Below, one piece after another: positions 8,986 through 17,637 of a stretch of DNA of 32,000 nucleotides. The stretch spans positions 1,770,001 to 1,802,000 of the forward strand of contig OY760660.1 of assembly GCA_963663995.1 (NCBI GenBank). Reading direction: 5' to 3'. Source of the stretch: Erysipelotrichaceae bacterium. Its GTDB lineage: Bacteria > Bacillota_I > Bacilli_A > Erysipelotrichales > Erysipelotrichaceae. The notes under the pieces were generated by a model. The model did no database searches, had not been told where the DNA came from, and worked only from the letters and a program-made list of their open reading frames with translations. Positions within the stretch are counted from its first letter, which is position 1; each line of letters begins with the position of its first letter. The position numbers and the translations under genes are program-made.

Positions 8986-10347
8986 ATGAAGCGGATAGGT
9001 TCCATCCTCAAAAAGATGACCTTAACTCAGCAACTGATGACCGTTACTTTGGTCTCGTTGTCGTTTTTTATTGTCTTTGTCTTTGTATTCATCTTTGGAA
9101 ATATTAATACCTTGGTTAAAGAACAACTTGTTAAGAGTATTCATGATGATCAATCAATGATTATCAAGAATTACCAAGAACAGTTTGATAACTTAATTTT
9201 TAGAGGTGCAGATCCTAATATTGTTCATATTATCTATGATCTAAATGATCCAAGTAAGATAAAAACAAATGCGACGACAACCATCGATCTTTTATTGCGT
9301 GAAGAATTTGATTTGATGATTAAAGAACAAATTGAACCAGTCATGGATTATGAAACAGATTCAAGTGGGAATGAAATTCTCTACTCTGTTCAATATTTCA
9401 ATGAACATAATGTCATTGTTTCGTTTGTGATTGCCAGTGCAATGAATCAGTTTAGATTGTCACTTGTAAATGGTGTTGTTAATATTCTCTTAATCATTGT
9501 GGGAATTCTTTTCTTACTCTTAATGATGTGGGTGGGATATCTCATTCATAGTCTAAAGCAAATAGAAAATTATATTGAAGCTTATCGTAAAGGTGAAAAT
9601 CCTGAACTTAAAATTGATCGACATGATGAAGTGGGAGAACTCGCTTCAGCTATTGTCTCCATGAATAATGAAATTAAGCGCCAAGAAATGTTGAAAGAAG
9701 AAATGGTTCAAAACATTTCACATGATTTAAAAACACCGATTGCAACGATTAAATCCTATGGTGAAAGTATAAAGGATGGTGTTTATCCATATGAAACACT
9801 TGAGAAAAGTGTTGATGTCATTATTGAACATGCCAATCGTTTAGAGAAGAAAGTACATTCACTTTTACTTTTAAATCGTATGGGTTATTTAGTTTCTGAA
9901 GATTTAGGCGAAAACAGAGTAGAAATGAAAGAGTTAGTTGAAAAAGTTATTCTTTCCTTAAAAGTTTTCAAACCCAAAATTCATCTTAAAACAAACTTAG
10001 TTGCATGCAGCTTCGTTGGGTCTGAAGAACCATGGCGAGTCGTTGTCGAGAATTTACTTGATAATGCTTTACGTTATGCCAAGTCAGAGATTGTGATTGA
10101 TCTAAGCGCAACAAGTCTAAAAATCTATAATGATGGAGATCCTATTCCTGAAGATAAATTAAAACAACTCTTTAATCCTTATGAAACAGGTAAGGGTGGA
10201 CAGTTTGGTTTAGGCTTAGCGATTGTCAAACGTGTATTAGATGCTTACTGTTTTAACATTCATGCGATTAATCTAGATAAAGGCGTTCAGTTTATTATTG
10301 ATGAGCGCTTAGTTGTCGCAACCGCTATTAAGGAGGATTTTCTCTAA
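8986..10347 (+). CDS. sensor histidine kinase (2 TM, HAMP, HisKA, HATPase_c)
   Basis: H-box SHDLKTPIATIKSY, N-box LLDNALRYA and G-boxes DGDPIP and GGQFGLGLAIVK. Two hydrophobic segments flank a ~130-aa extracytoplasmic loop. Confidence 0.9.
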   Translation: MKRIGSILKKMTLTQQLMTVTLVSLSFFIVFVFVFIFGNINTLVKEQLVKSIHDDQSMIIKNYQEQFDNLIFRGADPNIVHIIYDLNDPSKIKTNATTTIDLLLREEFDLMIKEQIEPVMDYETDSSGNEILYSVQYFNEHNVIVSFVIASAMNQFRLSLVNGVVNILLIIVGILFLLLMMWVGYLIHSLKQIENYIEAYRKGENPELKIDRHDEVGELASAIVSMNNEIKRQEMLKEEMVQNISHDLKTPIATIKSYGESIKDGVYPYETLEKSVDVIIEHANRLEKKVHSLLLLNRMGYLVSEDLGENRVEMKELVEKVILSLKVFKPKIHLKTNLVACSFVGSEEPWRVVVENLLDNALRYAKSEIVIDLSATSLKIYNDGDPIPEDKLKQLFNPYETGKGGQFGLGLAIVKRVLDAYCFNIHAINLDKGVQFIIDERLVVATAIKEDFL

Positions 10348-11105
10348 TGAGTATGGTTCAACTTAATGGTATTAATACCTATTATATTCAAGAAGGAACA
10401 GGCAAGGATGTTATCTGTTTATTAGGATGGGGACAGGATGTTCGCATGTTTGAACCGACCTTAAAACACCTTTCAGATCGGTTTAGAGTTTCAGTTCTAG
10501 ATTTACCTGGCTTTGGTCAATCGAGTATGATGAGTAATGCTTGGTCCGTTGACGATTATGTTAACTGGTTGAAAGCTTTTATTGAAGATCAAAAAATCGA
10601 AAACCCTATTTTAATTGCTCATTCTTTTGGTGGACGGGTCTCTATAAAATATGCGAGTGAGTATCCAGTAAGAAAAATGGTATTAACAGGCGCAGCTGGT
10701 TTAAAACCAAAACATGGCTTGGATTACTATGCAAAAGTGTATAGTTTCAAAGCGGCTAAGCAAGTATTTAAATTACCACTTATTAAAAACTATAAAGATC
10801 AAGTATTAAAGAACTTTGGTTCAAGTGACTACAAAGCCATTTCTGGGCCACTTAAAGAAAGCTTTGTAAGAATTGTAAATGAAGATTTAAGAGAATATCT
10901 AACAAAGATTAAAGCATCTACTCTACTGATTTGGGGAGAAAAAGATGATGCGACACCTTTGTGGATGGGTCAAGTAATGGAAAAAGAAATGAGAGATGCA
11001 GGTTTAGTGGTCTTTAAGAATGAAGGTCACTATGCTTATTGGAATCAAATAGATCGATTCCATAAAATTGTTGATACATTTTTAAAGGAGGATGCTCATG
11101 GATAA
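10347..11105 (+). CDS. alpha/beta-fold hydrolase
   Basis: Nucleophile elbow AHSFGG. LLGWG and LPGFGQS motifs. C-terminal GHYAYWNQ supplies the catalytic His region. 1-nt overlap with the kinase stop. Confidence 0.8.
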   Translation: MSMVQLNGINTYYIQEGTGKDVICLLGWGQDVRMFEPTLKHLSDRFRVSVLDLPGFGQSSMMSNAWSVDDYVNWLKAFIEDQKIENPILIAHSFGGRVSIKYASEYPVRKMVLTGAAGLKPKHGLDYYAKVYSFKAAKQVFKLPLIKNYKDQVLKNFGSSDYKAISGPLKESFVRIVNEDLREYLTKIKASTLLIWGEKDDATPLWMGQVMEKEMRDAGLVVFKNEGHYAYWNQIDRFHKIVDTFLKEDAHG

Positions 11106-12696
11106 ATATATTCAAACTTTTGCGAGTTTTTTAATGATACTTTCACTCTATGCTCTTCTTTTAACACCAACTAAAAATACACTTCATATGTTTCAACAAA
11201 ATCGCTATGAGCTAAGAAGATATTTCCCATGGTTATTTGGTGAAATTAAATATCAAATTAAGCATAATAAACTTTGGATAGTCATTGTCGGAATCTATGG
11301 TGTTTTGGCTTTAATTGCACATTTTTCAAGCATCTTAGCACCAGCAATGGCCATTGGCGTTAATTTAGCCCTCGCCTTATATTTACATTATCAAGATCGT
11401 TCAAAAGTAAAAATTAAACCATTAGTTTTTACAGATCGTGTTAAAAGACAAAGTGTTGTGATGTTTATCCTTTCAAGTTTATTAATCATGTTGATTTGGT
11501 CGTATAGTTGGAATATTAGAATTATTTTTTCTCCACTATTGATGTTGAGTACATGGTTATTATTGGGTTTAACCGCAATCATCACAGCTCCATTTGAAGC
11601 GATGGTTAAACGTTCATACATTCAACAAGCAAGAAATATCCTAAAGGGACAAGTGAACCTTATTAAAATTGGGGTGACGGGATCTTATGGGAAAACATCA
11701 ACCAAAAACATCTTAAATGAAGTTTTATCGGAGAGCTTCTATACCCTAGCATCACCAGCTAGTTTTAATACGCCAATGGGTTTAACCATTACCATACGTG
11801 AACACTTAAAATCTGTTCATCAAGTATTTATTGCTGAAATGGGTGCAGATAAAGTGGGTGAGATTGAATTCTTAAGTAAATTTATTCAACCCAAAATTGG
11901 GATTATTACATCTATTGGTCCTCAACATCTCAACACCTTTAAAAACATTGAAAATATTATTAAAGAAAAAATGCGTCTAGCTGAAAATCTTCCAGAAGAT
12001 GGCTTAGCTGTTTTAAATATGGATAATGAATATATTCGAAACTACCAACTAAAAAATAATTGTCAGGTAATTAGCTATGCCATTGATCATGAAGCTGATT
12101 TAATGGCTAAAGACATTCAATATAGTCCAAATGGCTCTCAGTTTAATGTGTGTTATAAAGATCAAGTCGTGCCATTTAAGACAAGACTATTAGGAAAACA
12201 CAATATTGCGAACATTTTATCTGCGATATCAGTGGGTTTATATTTAGGTATTAACTTTGAACAACTTCAACATGCAGTAACTCAAGTGAACTATATAGAA
12301 CACCGTTTACAATTAAAAACGATTAATGGTTTTCAATATATAGACAATGCCTTTAATTCAAATCCTGAAGGTTCTAAAATGAGTTTAGATGTCTTAGAAT
12401 TAATGCCAGGGCATCGAACAATAATTACGCCTGGCATGATTGATTTAGGACATAAACAAGATGAATACAATAAAGCTTTTGGTCAATATATGTTAGGTAA
12501 AACAGATACCGTTTTACTGATTGGACAAACGCAAACAGCCGCCATCTTTGAAGGTTTAAAAGAAAGTGGTTTTAATATGGATAATGTCAAAGTCTTTGAT
12601 CGAGTTCGACAAGCTTTTGATTATATAGAAAGAAATGCATCTAGAACCGATATCACACTCTTAGAGAATGATTTGCCTGATGCCTTTAATCGCTAA
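11098..12696 (+). CDS. murF: MurF-like Mur ligase (UDP-MurNAc-tripeptide--D-Ala-D-Ala ligase family) with N-terminal multi-TM domain
   Basis: P-loop GVTGSYGKTSTKN, AEMGA, and central and C-terminal Mur-ligase domain patterns (HNIANILSA, DNAFNSNPEG). About 190 N-terminal residues are hydrophobic, with roughly 5 TM helices. Start moved to ATG 11098, 6 nt after SD aaaggagg. Confidence 0.75.
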   Translation: MDKYIQTFASFLMILSLYALLLTPTKNTLHMFQQNRYELRRYFPWLFGEIKYQIKHNKLWIVIVGIYGVLALIAHFSSILAPAMAIGVNLALALYLHYQDRSKVKIKPLVFTDRVKRQSVVMFILSSLLIMLIWSYSWNIRIIFSPLLMLSTWLLLGLTAIITAPFEAMVKRSYIQQARNILKGQVNLIKIGVTGSYGKTSTKNILNEVLSESFYTLASPASFNTPMGLTITIREHLKSVHQVFIAEMGADKVGEIEFLSKFIQPKIGIITSIGPQHLNTFKNIENIIKEKMRLAENLPEDGLAVLNMDNEYIRNYQLKNNCQVISYAIDHEADLMAKDIQYSPNGSQFNVCYKDQVVPFKTRLLGKHNIANILSAISVGLYLGINFEQLQHAVTQVNYIEHRLQLKTINGFQYIDNAFNSNPEGSKMSLDVLELMPGHRTIITPGMIDLGHKQDEYNKAFGQYMLGKTDTVLLIGQTQTAAIFEGLKESGFNMDNVKVFDRVRQAFDYIERNASRTDITLLENDLPDAFNR

Positions 12697-12707
12697 GGAG
12701 CACGCTT

Positions 12708-13307
12708 GTGGAATGGAATCAATTTGTTAGTAAAATACTTGCTTTTTCAAAAACGGGGATTAAGTATAGCCAAGACCCGTATGCATTAGAAAACTATAAA
12801 GAGTTATATGAACTTGCTTCACTTCAAATCTCTGAAGAAAGATTAATTGGTGAAACAACAACACTTTATCCTAAAGATGCTTATCCAACTCCAAATGTAT
12901 CGGTAAGAGTTATTATCTTTAATGAAAAGGGACAGTTACTTATGGTTCAAGAGGCTCAAGACCATAAATTCGCTCCTCCTGGGGGATGGTGTGATGTCTT
13001 TGAGTCACCTAAAGAAAATGCTTTAAAAGAAGTGAAACAAGAAACCGGTTTAGATGCACGTATTGATCGATTATTAGGTGTGTTTATGCGTGATAACTAT
13101 AAAGATAGACCAACCATGATTTCCGAGTATTGTATGTATTTTCTAGCGACTGCAACGGGTGGGAAACTTGAGCATAATCATGAACTAATTGGAATTGGTT
13201 ATTATGATTTAGATGATTTACCAATATTGTCAGGTAAAACAAGTGAATTTGAGCTACATACTGCATTAAGTGTTGCGTTGAATCATTCAGAAATCTATAT
13301 TGATTAA
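12708..13307 (+). CDS. NUDIX hydrolase with N-terminal Nudix_N-type helical domain
   Basis: Nudix box GGWCDVFESPKENALKEVKQETGL. GTG start 7 nt after SD aggag. Confidence 0.8.
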   Translation: MEWNQFVSKILAFSKTGIKYSQDPYALENYKELYELASLQISEERLIGETTTLYPKDAYPTPNVSVRVIIFNEKGQLLMVQEAQDHKFAPPGGWCDVFESPKENALKEVKQETGLDARIDRLLGVFMRDNYKDRPTMISEYCMYFLATATGGKLEHNHELIGIGYYDLDDLPILSGKTSEFELHTALSVALNHSEIYID

Positions 13308-13319
13308 GAGGAGTAAACT

Positions 13320-14492
13320 ATGAAATTAAATGTTGTCGTCCTATTTGGTGGGGTATCTGTTGAGCATGAAGTAAGTATTATTTCAGCTTTACAAGCTATG
13401 GCTGCCATTGATGAAAGTAAATATGAAGTTATACCAGTTTATCAATCTAAGCAATCTATTTTTTATTCAGGAGAGCTTTTAAAATCAATCGAGAACTTTA
13501 AAAATCTTGATGATCTATTAAAGAAAACACCACAAGTGTCTTTTGTGAAAGAAAAACAAAAACACTATTTAATTGAACTGAAGGGGATTAGAAATAAACG
13601 TATTCCTATAGATTTGGTTATCCCGGTTGTTCATGGTCGATTAGTTGAAGATGGTAGTATCCAAGGTTTCTTAGAAAGCATTGGTATACCCTATGCTGGT
13701 AGTGATGTCATGGCATCAGCGATTGGCCAAGATAAAGTATTTATGAAACTAGCTTTTGAGACAGCAAAAATACCAACAGTTAAATGGGTTTCCTTTACTC
13801 AAAGTGAATATTTGAAAAACAAAGAAAACTGTATTTCAATATCTGAGACTTTAAAATACCCTGTTATTTTAAAACCTGCTTCATTAGGTTCTTCAGTCGG
13901 AATTAGTTATGTGAAAGATCGTGAAACACTTGTAAAAGCACTTCAAACAGCTTTTAGTTTTGATGCAAAAGTGATTGTTGAAAAAGCAGTAGAAAACTTA
14001 AGAGAAATTAATTGTTCGATTCTAAGTGATGGTAAACATACACTAGCTTCAGCTTTAGAAGAAGTTTATATGAAAGATGCAATTTTATCTTATAGCGATA
14101 AATATTTAGGAAATTCTGGTAAAAGTAAAGGGATGGCAAGTACTAGTCGCGAATGTCCTGCTAAACTTGATGAAAAGCTTACAAAAGAAATTCAAGATCT
14201 TGCGATTGCATGTTTTAAATCACTAGGGTGCAATGGTGTTGCGCGAATGGATTTTTTAATGGACTCAAAAACAGGAAAAATCTATGCGAATGAAATCAAT
14301 ACGATTCCAGGATCATTGTCTTTCTATTTATGGGAAGCGAGTGGTAAATCATTTACGACTTTAATGGATACACTTATTCAACAAGCCATCCGTTCACACT
14401 CACAAAAAGAAAAACGAATCACCTCAATTGATACTAATTTACTCGCTAATTTTTCCAGCACTTCGAGTAAGGGAAAACACAGTAAACTTTAA
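13320..14492 (+). CDS. ddl: D-alanine--D-alanine ligase
   Basis: VLFGGVSVEHEVSI N-terminus, ATP-grasp core, SDKY in the omega-loop region, and ARMDFL...ANEINTIPG. Confidence 0.9.
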   Translation: MKLNVVVLFGGVSVEHEVSIISALQAMAAIDESKYEVIPVYQSKQSIFYSGELLKSIENFKNLDDLLKKTPQVSFVKEKQKHYLIELKGIRNKRIPIDLVIPVVHGRLVEDGSIQGFLESIGIPYAGSDVMASAIGQDKVFMKLAFETAKIPTVKWVSFTQSEYLKNKENCISISETLKYPVILKPASLGSSVGISYVKDRETLVKALQTAFSFDAKVIVEKAVENLREINCSILSDGKHTLASALEEVYMKDAILSYSDKYLGNSGKSKGMASTSRECPAKLDEKLTKEIQDLAIACFKSLGCNGVARMDFLMDSKTGKIYANEINTIPGSLSFYLWEASGKSFTTLMDTLIQQAIRSHSQKEKRITSIDTNLLANFSSTSSKGKHSKL

Positions 14493-14534
14493 GCATTGTG
14501 TTAAAATATAAAAAGACATAAGGAGAAATATAAT

Positions 14535-15245
14535 ATGCCTACACCTCATAATACCGCTAAAAAAGGCGAAATCGCAAAAGTTGTTTTAATGCCGGGAGAT
14601 CCACTTCGTGCAAAAATGATTGCAGATACTTATTTAGAAAATGTTAAACAATTTAACAGTGTTCGAAATATGTTTGGTTTTACAGGAACATACAAAGGAA
14701 AAGAAATTTCAGTTATGGGTTCAGGAATGGGGATGCCAAGTATCGGTATCTATTCATTCGAATTATTTGATCAATATGATGTTGAAACAATCGTTCGTAT
14801 TGGCTCATGTGGTTCTTATAAAGCTGAAGCTAAACTATATGATGTCATTCTCGCAAGTGAAGCATACAGTGAATCTAGCTATGCAAAGAACTCATTTAAT
14901 TATCCAGAAGATGTTCAAAAACCATCAAGTGAACTTAATACTGAACTTTTAGATATTGCCAAAGGATTAAACATTCCAGTTCATCAAGGACGAATCCACT
15001 CTAGTGATTCTTTCTATTCTGGAAAAGATGCGACAACTTGGCAAGAAAAGAGTGAAAAACACAATTTACTTGCGGTTGAAATGGAATCATTTGCTTTATT
15101 CGCAAATGCTCGTTATCTAGGTAAGAAAGCCGCATGTTTATTAACGGTTTCAGATTCACTTGTTACACATGAAGAAACAACAGCAGAAGAAAGACAAAAT
15201 GCATTTACCAACATGATGGAAATTGCATTAGGACTTGCAAAATAA
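14535..15245 (+). CDS. deoD: purine nucleoside phosphorylase, DeoD type
   Basis: MPTPH...GDPLRAK...MGSGMGMPS...VEMES pattern typical of hexameric PNP. Confidence 0.9.
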   Translation: MPTPHNTAKKGEIAKVVLMPGDPLRAKMIADTYLENVKQFNSVRNMFGFTGTYKGKEISVMGSGMGMPSIGIYSFELFDQYDVETIVRIGSCGSYKAEAKLYDVILASEAYSESSYAKNSFNYPEDVQKPSSELNTELLDIAKGLNIPVHQGRIHSSDSFYSGKDATTWQEKSEKHNLLAVEMESFALFANARYLGKKAACLLTVSDSLVTHEETTAEERQNAFTNMMEIALGLAK

Positions 15246-15246
15246 T

Positions 15247-15438
15247 ATGCAAACCATTTTATTTATTAAGCAAAAACTTGAAGACAAGGATATTAGCATC
15301 ATTGAAGATGCTTTAAACGACACACGCGTTGATTATAAGATCAAACAAGCTGATAATATGGTCATTGTTGATGGTCGAAATGATATCGTTCATGCGGCTA
15401 AAATAGCCTTAAGAGAAGCTGGTTATAGCGTCGAATAA
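15247..15438 (+). CDS. small HMA-fold-like protein lacking the CxxC metal site
   Basis: 63 aa from ATG 15247. The pattern ILFIK...IEDAL...V.V.G...AAKIALREAGYSVE resembles a heavy-metal-associated ferredoxin-like fold, but the protein contains no cysteine at all. Confidence 0.45.
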   Translation: MQTILFIKQKLEDKDISIIEDALNDTRVDYKIKQADNMVIVDGRNDIVHAAKIALREAGYSVE

Positions 15439-15449
15439 ATAAAAATGTT

Positions 15450-15482
15450 TTAACACAAAGCACAAATTGTGCTTTGTGTTAA
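15450..15482. terminator. hairpin terminator after the deoD/small-ORF unit
   Basis: aacacaaagcaca-aat-tgtgctttgtgtt forms a 13-bp perfect stem (15452-15480), extendable by 2 A/T pairs. There is no long T-tract. Confidence 0.55.
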
Positions 15483-15489
15483 AATCTAC

Positions 15490-15519
15490 TTGCATAGAGT
15501 ATTATTTCTATGCTAGTAT
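15490..15519 (+). promoter_or_regulatory. candidate promoter of the tRNA cluster
   Basis: TTGCAT (15490-15495), an 18-nt spacer, then TGcTAGTAT extended -10 (15511-15519), about 30 nt upstream of tRNA-Ser. Confidence 0.4.
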
Positions 15520-15547
15520 AGTAAGGCACTAATAAAAATGATGCCCT

Positions 15548-15638
15548 GGGGAAGTACTCAAGTGGTTGAAGAGGTGCCCCTGCTAAGGGTATAGGTCGGG
15601 AAACCGGCGCGAGGGTTCAAATCCCTCCTTCCCCGCCA
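15548..15638 (+). tRNA. tRNA-Ser (anticodon GCU), CCA-encoded
   Basis: Folded by hand. Acceptor ggggaag/cttcccc, anticodon loop ctGCTaa, long variable arm, T-arm gaggg-ttcaaat-ccctc, 3' gcca. Confidence 0.9.
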
Positions 15639-15653
15639 GAAATTTTAGCAAAT

Positions 15654-15729
15654 GGTCCAGTGGTGTAGCGGTTAACATGCCTCCCTGTCACGGAGGAGAT
15701 CGCGGGTTCGATTCCCGTCTGGACCGCCA
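15654..15729 (+). tRNA. tRNA-Asp (anticodon GUC), CCA-encoded
   Basis: Acceptor ggtccag/ctggacc, anticodon stem cctcc/ggagg with loop ctGTCac, T-loop ttcgatt. Confidence 0.9.
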
Positions 15730-15732
15730 GTT

Positions 15733-15806
15733 GCAGATGTAGTTCAATGGTAGAACGCGACCTTGCCAAGGTCGACACGGGGGTTCGATTCCCCTCATCC
15801 GCTCCA
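15733..15806 (+). tRNA. tRNA-Gly (anticodon GCC), CCA-encoded
   Basis: Anticodon stem cgacc/ggtcg with loop ttGCCaa, T-loop ttcgatt. Acceptor gcagatg/catccgc carries one A3:C70 mismatch. Confidence 0.85.
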
Positions 15807-15972
15807 TAACAACGCAAGTCCTTTATTTAAGGGCTTTTTAATGGTTTAGCAACGAGTTGGGAAAAAATGGGGAAAACATAATAGAATATATCGATAAATA
15901 TCTGAAAAATAATTAAGTAATAGGTTAAAACTTGATATCAAAATATCTGATTTACGTACTATTAATAACTAA
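15794..15972 (+). repeat. direct repeat copy A (tRNA-Gly 3' end plus ~165 bp downstream)
   Basis: ctcatccgctccataacaacgcaagtcctttattt...atatatcgataaatatc...cgtactattaataactaa aligns by eye with 22768-22948. The ends are near-identical and the middle ~40 bp is diverged. Confidence 0.85.
15816..15840 (+). terminator. rho-independent terminator of the tRNA cluster
   Basis: aagtcctt-tattt-aagggctt stem (one G.U pair) followed by tttt. The same hairpin recurs in the second repeat copy near 22791-22816. Confidence 0.6.
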
Positions 15973-16128
15973 TTAAAATGGAAAAAATGATAAAAATATG
16001 TTAACTATTTCATCGATAGTTAGTTCAATTGTTATAATTACCCTAGAAATTAGATTTGATTTTTAATTTCATATAATTATGTGAAAATTGATATATTTTT
16101 TTTAACAAGTATCCCTTATAATTAACCC

Positions 16129-17298
16129 ATGAAAAAAAATCTTAAGCTAACATTAATCAAAACGAAGAAATCGCATCTATTGTTTAGTATTTTCTTTATA
16201 ATATTCGTGTTGATGTTGATTCCATCACAAGGAATACAACCAAGATCACTTATCTTAAATCCTGCCTACCAATTTGTTGTTGATGATGAAATCTTATTTA
16301 CCTTTCAAAATGTAGAGGAAGTTCAAGAAGTCATTGATGAATATAAAATGAGTTATTTATCTTTAGTGGATGAAAATGCAACTATAATTTCTATGGAATT
16401 CTTACAAAAAATAGAAATTAGAGAAACCAAGATTGATGGAAATAGTTATGATAATTTAGATTTACTCAGAAGTTATTTAGCACAAACAACAACTGCTGCA
16501 GATATCGTCATCATTCAAGAAGGTGATAATGTTTGGAAAATTGCCGAAAACTATCAAGTCTCTATCGACAGCATTATTCTTCTTAACCCTTCACTTGATC
16601 CCGAACTAATTCATCCTGGAGATGAAATCTTAATTGAAGCTGCAGATCCTTTAATTGATGTAAAAATTGTTTTTGAAAACACCGTTGAAGAAACTATTCC
16701 TTATGATGTTGAAACGATTAAAGACAGCTCACTATATGCCGATGAGCGTGTTGTTATTGAAGAAGGTGTTGAAGGATTAAAGACTGTAACGTATAACATC
16801 ACTTTAATGAATAGCGTTGCTGAAGATACCCAAATTCTAAATGAAGTTATTCTGTCAGAAGCCAGTAAAAGGGTTGTAAAAGTTGGCACAAAAGCAACTG
16901 TAATGCGTAATACGGGTGGACGCTTTGGCGTAACTAACGGTAACTTCCAAAGCTATTTTGGATATCGCACGCATCCAATTACAGGTGTTAAAACCTTCCA
17001 TAACGGTATTGATATTTCAAACTCAAAAAACACAGCTATCTATGCTTATGCAGCAGGAACGGTTACGCAAGTGGGATGGGATGGACAATTAGGTAATCGC
17101 ATTATCATTGATCATGGAAATGGTTTAGTAACGCGCTATGCTCATCTTAATGCCATGTATGTATCCGTTGGTGACAGCGTCAGTGCTGGTGATAATATTG
17201 CCGGCATGGGTAAAACAGGTTATGTGACCGGAACAAATTTACATTTCGAAGTAATCAAAAATGGTGCTTTTCAAAACCCACTCAATTACTTAAATTAA
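16129..17298 (+). CDS. M23 family metallopeptidase with LysM and G5-like domains (cell-wall hydrolase)
   Basis: N-terminal signal anchor. LysM (VWKIAENYQVSIDSIILLNP...PGDEILI). G5-like segment (...VIEEGVEGLKTVTY...VVKVGTK). M23 motifs HNGIDI and TGTNLHFEV. Confidence 0.85.
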   Translation: MKKNLKLTLIKTKKSHLLFSIFFIIFVLMLIPSQGIQPRSLILNPAYQFVVDDEILFTFQNVEEVQEVIDEYKMSYLSLVDENATIISMEFLQKIEIRETKIDGNSYDNLDLLRSYLAQTTTAADIVIIQEGDNVWKIAENYQVSIDSIILLNPSLDPELIHPGDEILIEAADPLIDVKIVFENTVEETIPYDVETIKDSSLYADERVVIEEGVEGLKTVTYNITLMNSVAEDTQILNEVILSEASKRVVKVGTKATVMRNTGGRFGVTNGNFQSYFGYRTHPITGVKTFHNGIDISNSKNTAIYAYAAGTVTQVGWDGQLGNRIIIDHGNGLVTRYAHLNAMYVSVGDSVSAGDNIAGMGKTGYVTGTNLHFEVIKNGAFQNPLNYLN

Positions 17299-17330
17299 TT
17301 CAAAACCCCCAATAATTTGGTGGTTTTGAA
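17299..17330 (+). terminator. terminator-like hairpin after the M23 peptidase gene
   Basis: ttcaaaaccccc-aataattt-ggtggttttgaa forms a 12-bp stem with one mismatch. No T-tract follows. Confidence 0.45.
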
Positions 17331-17473
17331 CGATAAATTGACTAATAGAGAACAAACAGGATAGATGAATTAATTATAAACTTAGAAATAGTACGGATTA
17401 TTAAGAATATTCATGTTTCATTTTGACTTTATTATTAATTATTCAGTATTTCATAATTATTTTTTCCTAAATT

Positions 17474-17637
17474 GATAGAGGCTATATAATTGTGCAAAAT
17501 AGAAAGGCCATAGTGGTCTTTTATTATGTTAGTTACTACACTTCAAAAGGAAGAACTCTATGGCCCAAATCAATCTGAATTTAAATACTGAACAGATTCA
17601 AGATATCATTTCGAATAGACCGAATTATTATACTTGA
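17474..17637 (+). mobile_element. truncated left end of an IS256-family element (IRL plus first ~20 codons of the transposase)
   Basis: gatagaggctatataattgtgcaaaa...aaaggccata closely resembles the IS256 left inverted repeat as I recall it (GATAAAGTCCGTATAATTGTGTAAAAGTAAAAAGGCCATA). The following ATG (17560) encodes MAQINLNLNTEQIQDIIS, similar to the IS256 transposase N-terminus MTQVHFTLKSEEIQSIIE. The frame then stops after 25 codons. Confidence 0.6.

Noticed and set aside
15617-15817. 66-aa minus-strand ORF
   Set aside because: It lies entirely across the tRNA-Ser/Asp/Gly genes. Its relatively GC-rich open frame is a by-product of the tRNA sequence.
16117-16131. Possible leaderless mRNA for the M23 peptidase gene (tataat at 16117-16122, ATG at 16129, no SD)
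   Set aside because: No acceptable -35 hexamer or TG extension was found at the right spacing. The idea cannot be supported from sequence alone.
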